Shown here: positions 1 through 8,803 of the stretch, piece by piece
Layout of the letters: each line of letters opens with the position of its first letter
How positions within the stretch are numbered: position 1 is the first letter of the stretch
Source: Trichomonas gallinae
Lineage: Eukaryota
DNA length: 40,436 nucleotides
Direction of reading: 5' to 3'
NCBI GenBank assembly: GCA_008369845.1
Contig: MRSU01010335.1
Location: forward strand, 1 to 40,436
Position numbers and translations under genes: made by a program
The notes under the pieces: model-generated
The model's database searches: none
Seen by the model: the letters and a program-made list of their open reading frames with translations, nothing else
Told to the model about the DNA's origin: nothing

Positions 1-77
1 AGAAGGAGTCTCTCGACTTCGACGAGGAGGCAGAGCACGACAACAAGGAAGAAGAGTCTGTCGCAGTCTCTGTCTAA
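1..77 (+). CDS. 3' end of a gene truncated by the window edge (acidic tail ...KESLDFDEEAEHDNKEEESVAVSV*)
   Basis: Open frame from base 3 to TAA at 75-77. C/G-ending codon bias like highly expressed genes in this window; AT-rich sequence follows. Confidence 0.7.
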   Translation, partial: KESLDFDEEAEHDNKEEESVAVSV

Positions 78-268
78 GAAAATGCAACTTTTCTTTGAGA
101 GAGGTTTCTCGAGAAATCTCTTCTGTTTTATCTTGTTTTACTATAAAACGAATCAATTTATTTAATTTCATTTCTTTAAAATATTCATTTTTGACATGAA
201 TAAGAAAAAAAAATCTTGAAATTAAATTTCGAAACCAAACAACAAAAATTTTATGTAATTACACTATA

Positions 269-937
269 TTATGAATCTTCATTACGTTTTGCAATATATG
301 CATAGTAGAAATCATCAGAAACAATAGGTTTTTGTATCTTCACGATTGCGATAATCTTCCAGTTGTACAAATCAGGTTGGAAGTATGACAATCTTAATTC
401 TTCACAAGCATTTGAAATTTCAATGAAAACTCCTCCAGGTTTCATAACACGAGAAATTTCTTTGAACATTTTATCGATATCATATGATGATGTTTCTGCG
501 CACATCATTGAATCCATTGTTCCCTTGTCAATAACTAAATCAAATGAGTTTTTTTTGTATTCAAGATCTCTTATGTCGCCAACTTCAAATCTGTTCCTCC
601 TTCTTTCATATTTAGCTGACATATCAGCAATTACACTTGGTGATATATCAATATTCAACACATTTTTAACACCATCATCTTGAATATCGATTCCTAAAGT
701 AGATGTGCCGCATCCAACATGAAGTGCGCTTGTATGTTCTGAAATATAAGCTCTTAAGTCCTTTTTAAGCTTTTTCCATGGTAAATACCATTCGAATTGA
801 TTAGGATTCTTTGTATAGCGCTCATCCCAGTATTTGGAGTCGGCCCATGCAATAGGCTTCTCTTTCTCGTTTGTCTGTTCCTCTAAAATTTCTTCCTCTT
901 CGTTACTGTCACTTACTGCTTCAAAAACAGATTTCAT
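269..937 (-). CDS. Class I SAM-dependent methyltransferase, EEF1AKMT4/METTL13-N-like
   Basis: YWDERY...FEWY, LHVGCGTS (motif I), NIDIS and FDLVIDKGTMD motifs. Confidence 0.9.
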   Translation of the reverse strand: MKSVFEAVSDSNEEEEILEEQTNEKEKPIAWADSKYWDERYTKNPNQFEWYLPWKKLKKDLRAYISEHTSALHVGCGTSTLGIDIQDDGVKNVLNIDISPSVIADMSAKYERRRNRFEVGDIRDLEYKKNSFDLVIDKGTMDSMMCAETSSYDIDKMFKEISRVMKPGGVFIEISNACEELRLSYFQPDLYNWKIIAIVKIQKPIVSDDFYYAYIAKRNEDS

Positions 938-939
938 TT

Positions 940-947
940 GTCACTTT
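940..947 (-). promoter_or_regulatory. M2-like motif AAAGTGAC 2 nt upstream of ATG
   Basis: Minus strand reads AAAAGTGAC-AA-ATG. Matches the M2 upstream motif described in T. vaginalis. Confidence 0.6.
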
Positions 948-1359
948 TTGTTCTGTTTTAATGCAAAATTGATTAATTTAATCAATTCTTATAAGCTTTT
1001 AGATCATAGTTTTAAAATCAAAAGTCCGAAAACCACATATTTTGATAAATTCAATTTGAAATCAAAGAAAATCTATATGATTAAGCTAAGTATTTCAGCT
1101 GTTTCAATCTATTTGTAGCTCCTTTATTCCGAGAGCTGCGCAATGAAGCATGTTAACATGATAATGACAATTTTTTGAAGCACAAATTAAAGCTTTATAC
1201 TTAAATTTGTTCTTGGAATTTTCATCTTTCCGATGAATTGTAAGAATGAGCTTAATAACTTTACAATAACCATGTTCTGAAGTAATAATTAAAGTAATAT
1301 TGTTTTAGATGCATAATGACAGTATTTTCTGATTATTCATGCTAAACTGTATATGAAAA

Positions 1360-2895
1360 TTAGATAACTTCTTCACGCCAATTTCGCGTAGTTCTCCAAT
1401 CCCATACTTTAAGTGGATGCCCTTCTGTGTTGAAAACCCAGTAAGACAGTGGCAAGAATGATGAATCACTAAACGTCATGTAAAGGTACATGAGAGTCTC
1501 AGAGAAAAAGTATGACTCCTGCTTTCCTAGGTTATGAGGATTTCCATCCACACCTTGTATTGCAGAAAATCCGTTTTCCGTTCTGCAATGTTTATTAATG
1601 CTTTGGAATATATCCCAAGCCATGTCTCTATATTGCTGCTCTCCTGTCATCTTCCATAAGTAGTAGATGGATTCCACTGTTTCTGGCCTCAAATAGTATC
1701 CATCAGTTATTATTTCAATATTGGTTTCGTCTTTCAGATTCTTATATGAAAATTCTTCTGGCATCAAACCCGTTTTCGTCATTTTGTATGTCTTGTAGTA
1801 TCCATCGACGAGCTTTCTGGCCAGCTGGAAGTCTTCCTTGTGGTTCTCGTTCGCTTTAACAGAGCCTATTGCAATTAATCCTCCCAAAAATGTCGATAAG
1901 TGATGAACGTTTGGCATCTTCACCAGTTTGACTGCTGTGCCAACAAATGTGATGTTATTTATTGTATTGATTAAGTGTTTCTTTAAGTCATTCATAAACA
2001 AAACGTGTCTTTTAATTAAATTTCCAGAAATTTTTCCTGTCAACAAATATGACTTAAGAACATATTCGTAATATGAGTCATACTCGCTAGATATGTCCAT
2101 GTAGTTAAACACGTTATTTATGAAACCATAATTCGGATAATAATGTAAAAGTCGTTTATAAAGGTAAAAGGCCTTGTAAACATAGTTCACATCTTGTGTT
2201 ATCATGCCCATAGACAGGAATTCGAGCTGCATTGTACCTATTGTCGCTAATGTAATGTCTCCAAAAGATTTTATTCGCGATAATTGACCGTCTTTGTTGT
2301 CAATTTCTATCATATTCTTGAAGTTTCCATCCGTTTCAACTAAATCACTGACTAGATCCATGCAAACTTGTGCTTTTTCGAGAAAAATTTTATCATTTGT
2401 TAATTGGTAAGAAGAAATGAATGATGCTAAATATCGTATGATTAATTCGAATGTTGACCATTCGCCTTTGAGTGTAAAGTTGTTTTGAACGAAGTCTCGG
2501 GCTTCTTTGTATTCTTTCGTAAGATTCATTAAGATTAAAGTTGTTAAACTATCGACGATGGTTAATCCTCCACCTAATGCATCTGATGAGCATTTCTTTT
2601 CTTCAGGAATTAAATGATCTTTTCCCCAACAATTTTTTTTGTATTGATTCCAGCCGAATCTGAATGCATCTTTGATTGCTTCTCGTTTCACCATGTCTGC
2701 AGGTATATCAGGTGGCTCCCATCCGTATGTATCTTTAAAATCATGAGAAATCAAATCTTTCATGTGCTCAAAATGGGCAGCTTGTATGGAAAGCAACGCT
2801 ATTACGCAGAAGAAGAATACTAATGTCATAAAACATATATATTGCGTCATAAGAAGTCGTCTACGCGTGCTCACAAGTTGACGAAACAGATGCAT
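1360..2895 (-). CDS. Class I alpha-1,2-mannosidase (GH47), type II membrane protein
   Basis: WGKDHL, IVDSLTTL, FELIIRYL, DSYYEYVLK, RPETVES, ESYFFSETL, FNTEGHP. Basic N-terminus then a hydrophobic anchor. Start placed at MHLFRQ (2895) because the further upstream ORF runs through promoter repeats. Confidence 0.92.
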   Translation of the reverse strand: MHLFRQLVSTRRRLLMTQYICFMTLVFFFCVIALLSIQAAHFEHMKDLISHDFKDTYGWEPPDIPADMVKREAIKDAFRFGWNQYKKNCWGKDHLIPEEKKCSSDALGGGLTIVDSLTTLILMNLTKEYKEARDFVQNNFTLKGEWSTFELIIRYLASFISSYQLTNDKIFLEKAQVCMDLVSDLVETDGNFKNMIEIDNKDGQLSRIKSFGDITLATIGTMQLEFLSMGMITQDVNYVYKAFYLYKRLLHYYPNYGFINNVFNYMDISSEYDSYYEYVLKSYLLTGKISGNLIKRHVLFMNDLKKHLINTINNITFVGTAVKLVKMPNVHHLSTFLGGLIAIGSVKANENHKEDFQLARKLVDGYYKTYKMTKTGLMPEEFSYKNLKDETNIEIITDGYYLRPETVESIYYLWKMTGEQQYRDMAWDIFQSINKHCRTENGFSAIQGVDGNPHNLGKQESYFFSETLMYLYMTFSDSSFLPLSYWVFNTEGHPLKVWDWRTTRNWREEVI

Positions 2896-2918
2896 TATTT
2901 GTAATATTTTGATTCTTC

Positions 2919-3197
2919 TCAAAATTCTTAGATTTGTCACTTTTTGTATCGTGTCACTTTTAATTCTTTTCAATTTTGTCATTTTTATTAACAATCGTTA
3001 TTTTCAAAATTCTTAGATTTTGTCACTTTTGAAATCTATATATTTTTCACTTTTCTTGTTATTAATTGTCAATTTTCAAAATTGTAATATTGTCATTATG
3101 GTTCACCAAATGGTGGGATAAAGTTTCAGTTTCTGGAACCCCGATTTTTTTTTATCAAATTATTTTGTCACTTTTGTTTTTGTATCATGTCACTTTT
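2919..3197. repeat. Degenerate direct repeats carrying five GTCACTTT (M2 on minus strand) copies
   Basis: CAAAATTCTTAGATTT(T)GTCACTTTT at about 2920 and 3005; TTTGTATCRTGTCACTTTT at about 2943 and 3179. GTCACTTT at 2936, 2953, 3022, 3167, 3189. Confidence 0.75.
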
Positions 3198-3556
3198 CTA
3201 TTTAACCTTATTTGATTTGAATGATTCAATTTTAGAAGAATAATAACTCTTTATTGGGCGTTGTTAGAGTCATATGACTATTATAATCTATTGTAATATA
3301 TGTTTTATATTAAAGTTACCTTTTGCAAATGTAAATAACAATGTTTATTTCGATAATTCAACTTCGAATTTGTTTAAAACTATATTTTTATCATATAGCT
3401 TTAGTATATATTATAGATCTGATGAAATGAAATATCTATTTTCAATGTGAGTATGTATTGTCTGACTAGAAATTGATTTGGAATATTTAGAAAATATCTG
3501 ACATCGTGATAACCTTATTATGATCCGTCACTTTTAATATTGACACTTTTCTAGAA

Positions 3557-3564
3557 GTCACTTT
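3557..3564 (+). promoter_or_regulatory. Initiator (Inr) element TCACTT
   Basis: GTCACTTTT ends about 10 nt upstream of ATG 3575, the usual trichomonad Inr position. Confidence 0.6.
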
Positions 3565-3574
3565 TGATAATATA

Positions 3575-4450
3575 ATGAAAACAACAATTGATGCGATACA
3601 ACTTTATATGAACAAAGGAAATTTCGATATTTCACTTCTAATAATCGATCAGCTCAGCAGGGAGTCTGAACTTTCAGAAGAAGTTCAAAATTTTAAAGTC
3701 GAATGTTTATATTCCCTTCATAGATTCTTAGAAGCGCATGAATTAGCAAGTAAATATGCAGAAGATGGAAATGAAACTCAGACACTTACATTTTTAAGAG
3801 GTTTAATCTGTTATTCACTCGAATTATACGAAGAAGCAATTACGCACTTCAGAACTAACAAGCAGTGGATTCGATGGGTTACCAAAGCAAAATTAATGAA
3901 TCAAATCGCGAAAAATGAATCACAACCAATTACATTTAATCAGCCACAGCAATCAACGCGTGCCGTCGAGTTTATCTGGTCTCAAACAGAAGCAGAAGTA
4001 ATTCTGCTCATTACAATTCCATCAATTCTACCAAATCAGATTAAAGTTCAAAGTTATCCAAAATCTCTCGATATTAGCATATCCAATGGCCTCAAAGTCG
4101 TACATTTATTATCTTTTGAACTCGATAAAGAAATAATTCCAAGATCTACAACATATAATGTTCATCCCGACAAAATAGAATTTGTTATGCAGAAAGCAAA
4201 TCCAGGAGATATGTGGGTCTTAGATAAACATCCCAAAGAGCTCCAAGATTTGGATCAAACAGCTGCTCCACCAACTATGAATACTTTATTATCTGAACTT
4301 GATTCAATTTTAGATATCACAGATGGAGATGCAATTAAGAGCTTCGAGAATATGAGTCTAACAGCAATTGAAGAGTCAAGCACTTCAACTGATGATGAAT
4401 ATTCTGACCAGATTCCAGAACCTCCTTCTGATGAAGTTAGAATACCATAA
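3575..4450 (+). CDS. TPR plus CS (p23-like) domain protein, SGT1-like co-chaperone
   Basis: TPR-like N-terminus (LYSLHRFLEA, RGLICYSLELYEEAITHF) and CS domain (WSQTEAEVILLI...L.KEI.P..T.Y.V..DKIEF.M.K). No clear SGS domain. Confidence 0.75.
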   Translation: MKTTIDAIQLYMNKGNFDISLLIIDQLSRESELSEEVQNFKVECLYSLHRFLEAHELASKYAEDGNETQTLTFLRGLICYSLELYEEAITHFRTNKQWIRWVTKAKLMNQIAKNESQPITFNQPQQSTRAVEFIWSQTEAEVILLITIPSILPNQIKVQSYPKSLDISISNGLKVVHLLSFELDKEIIPRSTTYNVHPDKIEFVMQKANPGDMWVLDKHPKELQDLDQTAAPPTMNTLLSELDSILDITDGDAIKSFENMSLTAIEESSTSTDDEYSDQIPEPPSDEVRIP

Positions 4451-4807
4451 AACTTGTTTTGTATGTATTAGTCATAGATATAAAAAATATTATTATAATT
4501 TATGTTATTATTTAGTTGATTATTTTTTATTGATAAAATAATGTTATTATCATAATTCTTTATTATGATGGATGATAATGTAAACTATTTTCTGTCCAAA
4601 CTTAATCATTTCGTCTAAAATATCAAATTTCAAGATATTTTTTTCAATATTATGCAATTTTCTGTATAAGATATATAATAAAAGTAATTGTTGATATTGT
4701 TTTCCATGTTATATTAACTTACAAAGGAAAATAAAATGAAATATATCAAACAATAAGAATTTATTATAAATAACAAATATACACACAAATGATTGGGTAT
4801 GAGAAGA

Positions 4808-5581
4808 TTACTCGAATTTGTTGAACTCTGCTTGGTTTGGAATCCAGGTTGCTCCGTAATATGGGATAACTAACGAAACAACGTAGCAAATCATACTCCA
4901 AATAGATCCAAAGAACTGATCTTTAACGTAATTTCTTACAATTTCGAAAATTGAAAATAGAATAATTATTAAAACGCGCGCATCTGATCTTTTGAGAACG
5001 AATATTGTATTATAATTTGTTATATCAGTCATAAATATGTATATTACTCCTCCAACTGATAATTCGAAAAGGATAATATAAATTGAGCGCATTTTATGCT
5101 TAATTAATCTTGAAAAGGTGTAAATTGAGAGGTATTTACTAAATGAAATCAAAACACCTCCAAAGAATGCTTCAACAATGTTGTTATGATTTGCTAATAA
5201 AAGCTCGATGCCAACGCTAAGATATTTTGCATTTATAAGACCTGTAAATAATGAAATTGCTGGTGATAGAATGTTTGAAAGATTGTAAACGAAATCATAA
5301 GGTGAAAAATTGAATAAAACCCAAATAATAAAGAAAATGAAGAAAAATCTGTAATCTGAGAACAAAACGAAGTCGGAGCTCGTAAAATATGATTCAATGT
5401 TGTCTGTTACAGTTGTTATAAACAGCGTGAAAACTAATGAAATCAGTGGAGAAGGAATTGACAAGTATCTGCGCACAATCCTGCAGCAAATTATGCAGTC
5501 AAGTATATATAATAGTGGAATACGTGGTAAATTGTCGATAAACTGAACAAATTCCTGCAATTTTTGGTATTCCAATATCAT
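4808..5581 (-). CDS. Multi-pass membrane protein, TRIC/TMEM38 cation channel-like
   Basis: About 6-7 hydrophobic segments. IWVLFNFSPYDFVY resembles the TMEM38 motif VWYLIFFCPxD; KYLSVGI resembles RKIxxG[IV]. Confidence 0.6.
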   Translation of the reverse strand: MILEYQKLQEFVQFIDNLPRIPLLYILDCIICCRIVRRYLSIPSPLISLVFTLFITTVTDNIESYFTSSDFVLFSDYRFFFIFFIIWVLFNFSPYDFVYNLSNILSPAISLFTGLINAKYLSVGIELLLANHNNIVEAFFGGVLISFSKYLSIYTFSRLIKHKMRSIYIILFELSVGGVIYIFMTDITNYNTIFVLKRSDARVLIIILFSIFEIVRNYVKDQFFGSIWSMICYVVSLVIPYYGATWIPNQAEFNKFE

Positions 5582-5583
5582 CT

Positions 5584-5591
5584 GTCACTTT
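5584..5591 (-). promoter_or_regulatory. M2-like motif AAAGTGAC 2 nt upstream of ATG
   Basis: Minus strand reads AAAAGTGAC-AG-ATG, the same spacing as at 940. Confidence 0.6.
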
Positions 5592-5985
5592 TCATCCACC
5601 TCGTTTTTTGTGTCAACCCCTGTATTTTCAAAATATCCAAATATGAATGAAATAATGATGAAATTGGCTTCATCTTTGTCAATAGAATTGAAATGTAAAT
5701 CATTCGTTAAAAAAGGGCTTTTATTATTTTCATCAACTTATAAACAATCTTAATAATGTTGAGATTTAATAACTCTTTACCATTTGCTTCAAGTGCTGAG
5801 AGAAAAAGTCTAACAATTTCAAGTGCATATCAATTTCGTGCAATTAAAAGAAGAGGATTGACATAAATTTCTTTGTGCAAAGCGAAAATATTCTATTTAT
5901 GATTGGTTCGGGAGATTAAGCATTAAAAAAAATGAGAAAAAAAGAAGATAAGTTATACCAAAATAGCTAAAGTTTTACCAGATGT

Positions 5986-8007
5986 TTAATGCCTGTGCGA
6001 AGACCTATGGCTGCTGCTTCTATAGTGATCAGAGCTGCTATCGCTACTGCTGCTACTGCTAGATGAATCGGAAGAGTCCTTGTGGCCTCTGTGGCTTTCA
6101 TGTCCTCTCCTGCTGGAGTGTGCGCTCTTCTTGCTTGATTCAGAGCCTCTCCTGCTGGAGTGCCTTGACTTGTGGTTGCTTTCGGATTCTTCTGATGATT
6201 CTTCTTTCTTCTCTTCTTCATCGTTGGCGTATCTTGGCAATCTGAAGCCTTCTTCGCCGAACTTCTTCATGAATCTCTCACGCTGCTGTCTTGAAGCCTC
6301 TGGCTTGTGTTCGTGCTCGTGGTTGGATGGTGTTCTGCCAGCTTCAGTGACATCGCCTTCCTTAACTCTCTGATCAAAGCAGCGCTTGCAGTGAGGCCTG
6401 TTGTGGCAGATGATGCAGTCCTTTGACTCAAGCTGGACGCCGCAGACTCTGCAGACGAAGCATCTCTTGTGGTACCACTTGTTCTGCCATCTGACCTTGT
6501 TGATTTCAGCGATGGAGATCTCTTGCTTGCAGTATGCGCATGACTTGAGGTACCTGATGCCTTGTTCTGGGCAGTAGTACCTGTTGTGGTGGACGACGAA
6601 GTTCTTACCGTTGAGGATCTTGTCGCACTCTGAGCACTTGAAGCACTTGACGTGGAAGTAGTGCTGCCTGTCAAAGATGAATCTGCCGAGAATTGGCTCG
6701 TGGCACTCCTTGCATGCTCTCTGCTGAGCTGTGTGCTTGCATGATTCGCAGCAGACTTGGTCTTTGATGACCTGGTAGTTGGACTGTGTGAGCTTGCATG
6801 AGCACTCGCAGCATCTGAGGCAGTCTGCGTGGATTGTGATGTTCAAGTCTCTCAATGTGATGATTTCCTCGACGTTGATCAAGAAGTCCTGGCAGAATGC
6901 GCAACGGTGAAGCTTGCCATTGACTTTAGCGCACTGGAAGCAGATTGGCTTCTCCTTCCACATGATGCACTCTGGTGGATTGATTTGCTTGCCGCAGTAT
7001 GGCATTCCGCACTTGAAGCAACCTGGGCAGTAGCAACTGCCGAAAGCGAAGATGTATTTATCCTTGCATGGCTTGGAGCACTCTTTGCATGTCTTCAAGA
7101 GGGAAGACTCTGGGCCCAAGTCAACATTAGGTGTTTGTGGCTGCATGCGCTGCGAAGTCATGACCTGTGGAGGCATCTGTGTTTGCATTGGTGGAGGCAT
7201 CACAGCTGACTGGAATGTCATCTGTGATTGGTATGAGACCTGTGGTGGTGGAGCGCCTGGGCTCTGGAAGCCTGGTGGTGGAGCGGCTTGAGGCATGCCT
7301 GCTGCGACTGGGATTCTTCCGGACTGGAAGTTAGCCATTGGTGGAGGAGGCATAGCCATGCCCTGGGCTGGTGGCGGTGGCATTACGCCGTTTGGACTAT
7401 TTGGTGGAGTAGCGATTCTTGTCTGGCTCATTGGTGGTGGTGGTAAGCCGCCTGCGCCTGGTGGTGGAGGTAATCCTGTTCCCATTGATGCCATTCCTCT
7501 GCCAGAATTTATGGTGCCTGATGGAAGTGGGCCGGAAGCCATTGAGATTCCACTTCCTGGTGGAGGAGGCAAACCGCTAGCGCTATTTGTAGCTGATGGC
7601 AATGTGGTGCCTAATCCTCTTCCGGAATTGAACTGGCCAGGTGGTGGAGGTAATGTTCCAGATGCAACACCTGGAGGTGGTGGTAAACCGGTCATTCCTG
7701 GTGGAGGTGGTAATCCAGCACCACTGCTTGCTGATGGTGGTAACGTTGTGCCTAATCCTCTACCTGAGTTGAATTGACCTGGTGGTGGTGGCAAACCAGT
7801 GACTCCACCTGGTGGAGGAGGTAATCCACCAGCTCCTGGTGGTGGTGGTAATCCTGAGCCGAGTGTTGTTGGGATACCGCGGCCAGATCCGAGTCCATTG
7901 CTCATCGGAGGTGGTGGTAAGCCGCCTGGTGGTGGTGGGAGGCCGCCCATTCCAGGTGGCGGTGGTAATCCTGTCATTCCGCCTGGTGGTGGTGGTAATC
8001 CGGACAT
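5986..8007 (-). CDS. Proline-rich LIM-domain protein (zyxin/paxillin-like architecture)
   Basis: Many LPPPPG/MPPPP repeats in the N-terminal about 290 aa, four LIM-type Cys/His domains, Ser/Arg/His-rich tail. Strong codon bias in the LIM half. Confidence 0.9.
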   Translation of the reverse strand: MSGLPPPPGGMTGLPPPPGMGGLPPPPGGLPPPPMSNGLGSGRGIPTTLGSGLPPPPGAGGLPPPPGGVTGLPPPPGQFNSGRGLGTTLPPSASSGAGLPPPPGMTGLPPPPGVASGTLPPPPGQFNSGRGLGTTLPSATNSASGLPPPPGSGISMASGPLPSGTINSGRGMASMGTGLPPPPGAGGLPPPPMSQTRIATPPNSPNGVMPPPPAQGMAMPPPPMANFQSGRIPVAAGMPQAAPPPGFQSPGAPPPQVSYQSQMTFQSAVMPPPMQTQMPPQVMTSQRMQPQTPNVDLGPESSLLKTCKECSKPCKDKYIFAFGSCYCPGCFKCGMPYCGKQINPPECIMWKEKPICFQCAKVNGKLHRCAFCQDFLINVEEIITLRDLNITIHADCLRCCECSCKLTQSNYQVIKDQVCCESCKHTAQQRACKECHEPILGRFIFDRQHYFHVKCFKCSECDKILNGKNFVVHHNRYYCPEQGIRYLKSCAYCKQEISIAEINKVRWQNKWYHKRCFVCRVCGVQLESKDCIICHNRPHCKRCFDQRVKEGDVTEAGRTPSNHEHEHKPEASRQQRERFMKKFGEEGFRLPRYANDEEEKKEESSEESESNHKSRHSSRRGSESSKKSAHSSRRGHESHRGHKDSSDSSSSSSSSDSSSDHYRSSSHRSSHRH

Positions 8008-8622
8008 TTTTATAATTTTATTAAAAACTTTTTCATCAAAAACGTCAAAAAATTTATGAAAAAATAGATTTTATTCTAAAAATCTTGGAATAAGAAATTG
8101 ATGTTTATTAAAAAATATTCATTCAAAAAGTTTTTCACAATTTTTCAAAAAAGTTTTGCAATATTCTGTTTTATTCTGTCATTAAAAGGAAATCGCAAAA
8201 AATTGAACTGTTTTAACGCTCTCAAAATTCAGAGTATTTCACAAATGCATTGAAAATAATAAAAATGCAAATAATTAAGTTTATTGCTTGTACTCTTTAT
8301 AAATGGTATTATATATACCGAATAAATTGTATAAAATTCTCTGGATGAGAAATGATATAAATTTACATGACAAAAAATAAAATTAAATGTCAAAAATATT
8401 AATATGTTATTTGTCACTTATAAAATAACTGATAAATATAAACCTATTCTGTTTTCATCAAAAATTTGGAAATTTAGACGAATAATTTGTAAATTTTATA
8501 TTATGTCTTATTTCTTTGATCTATTATATTATCTATCCTTTACTTTTGTTGTGAACAGAAATGAGAGCTCAAAACGCAACAATTTTTATTCCAAATCAGA
8601 CGTTTTACAATAATAGCATGCA

Positions 8623-8647
8623 GTTATATGGGGAAAAGTGAAACTAT
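8623..8647 (+). repeat. 25-bp dispersed element, copy 1
   Basis: GTTATATGGGGAAAAGTGAAACTAT, 24/25 identical to 14341-14365. Confidence 0.8.
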
Positions 8648-8803
8648 ATATACACATATTTTCGAGTAACTCATATCATTCCTTATACAAAAAAAAAATT
8701 GACACGTAATTTATACTTTTGACAATTTTATACTTTTTTGGCATGTAAATGTTATTTCTGACGGTTTAGAACAATTTTGACATGTAAACAAAGGAGGCAC
8801 AAA

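Noticed and set aside
2896..2994. N-terminal extensions in the ORF track (also at 8777, 14499, 23600, 28641, 37280, 38345)
   Set aside because: They begin at TTG/GTG and run through AT-rich promoter motifs; a downstream ATG marks the change to coding composition.
5967..8059. Many overlapping and antisense ORFs over the LIM gene (Gly-rich)
   Set aside because: Shadows of Pro-codon repeats and strong codon bias.
8791..8797. Shine-Dalgarno-like AAGGAGG 6 nt before the Utp22 ATG
   Set aside because: Eukaryotic nucleolar gene in a eukaryotic context; a single occurrence is consistent with chance.
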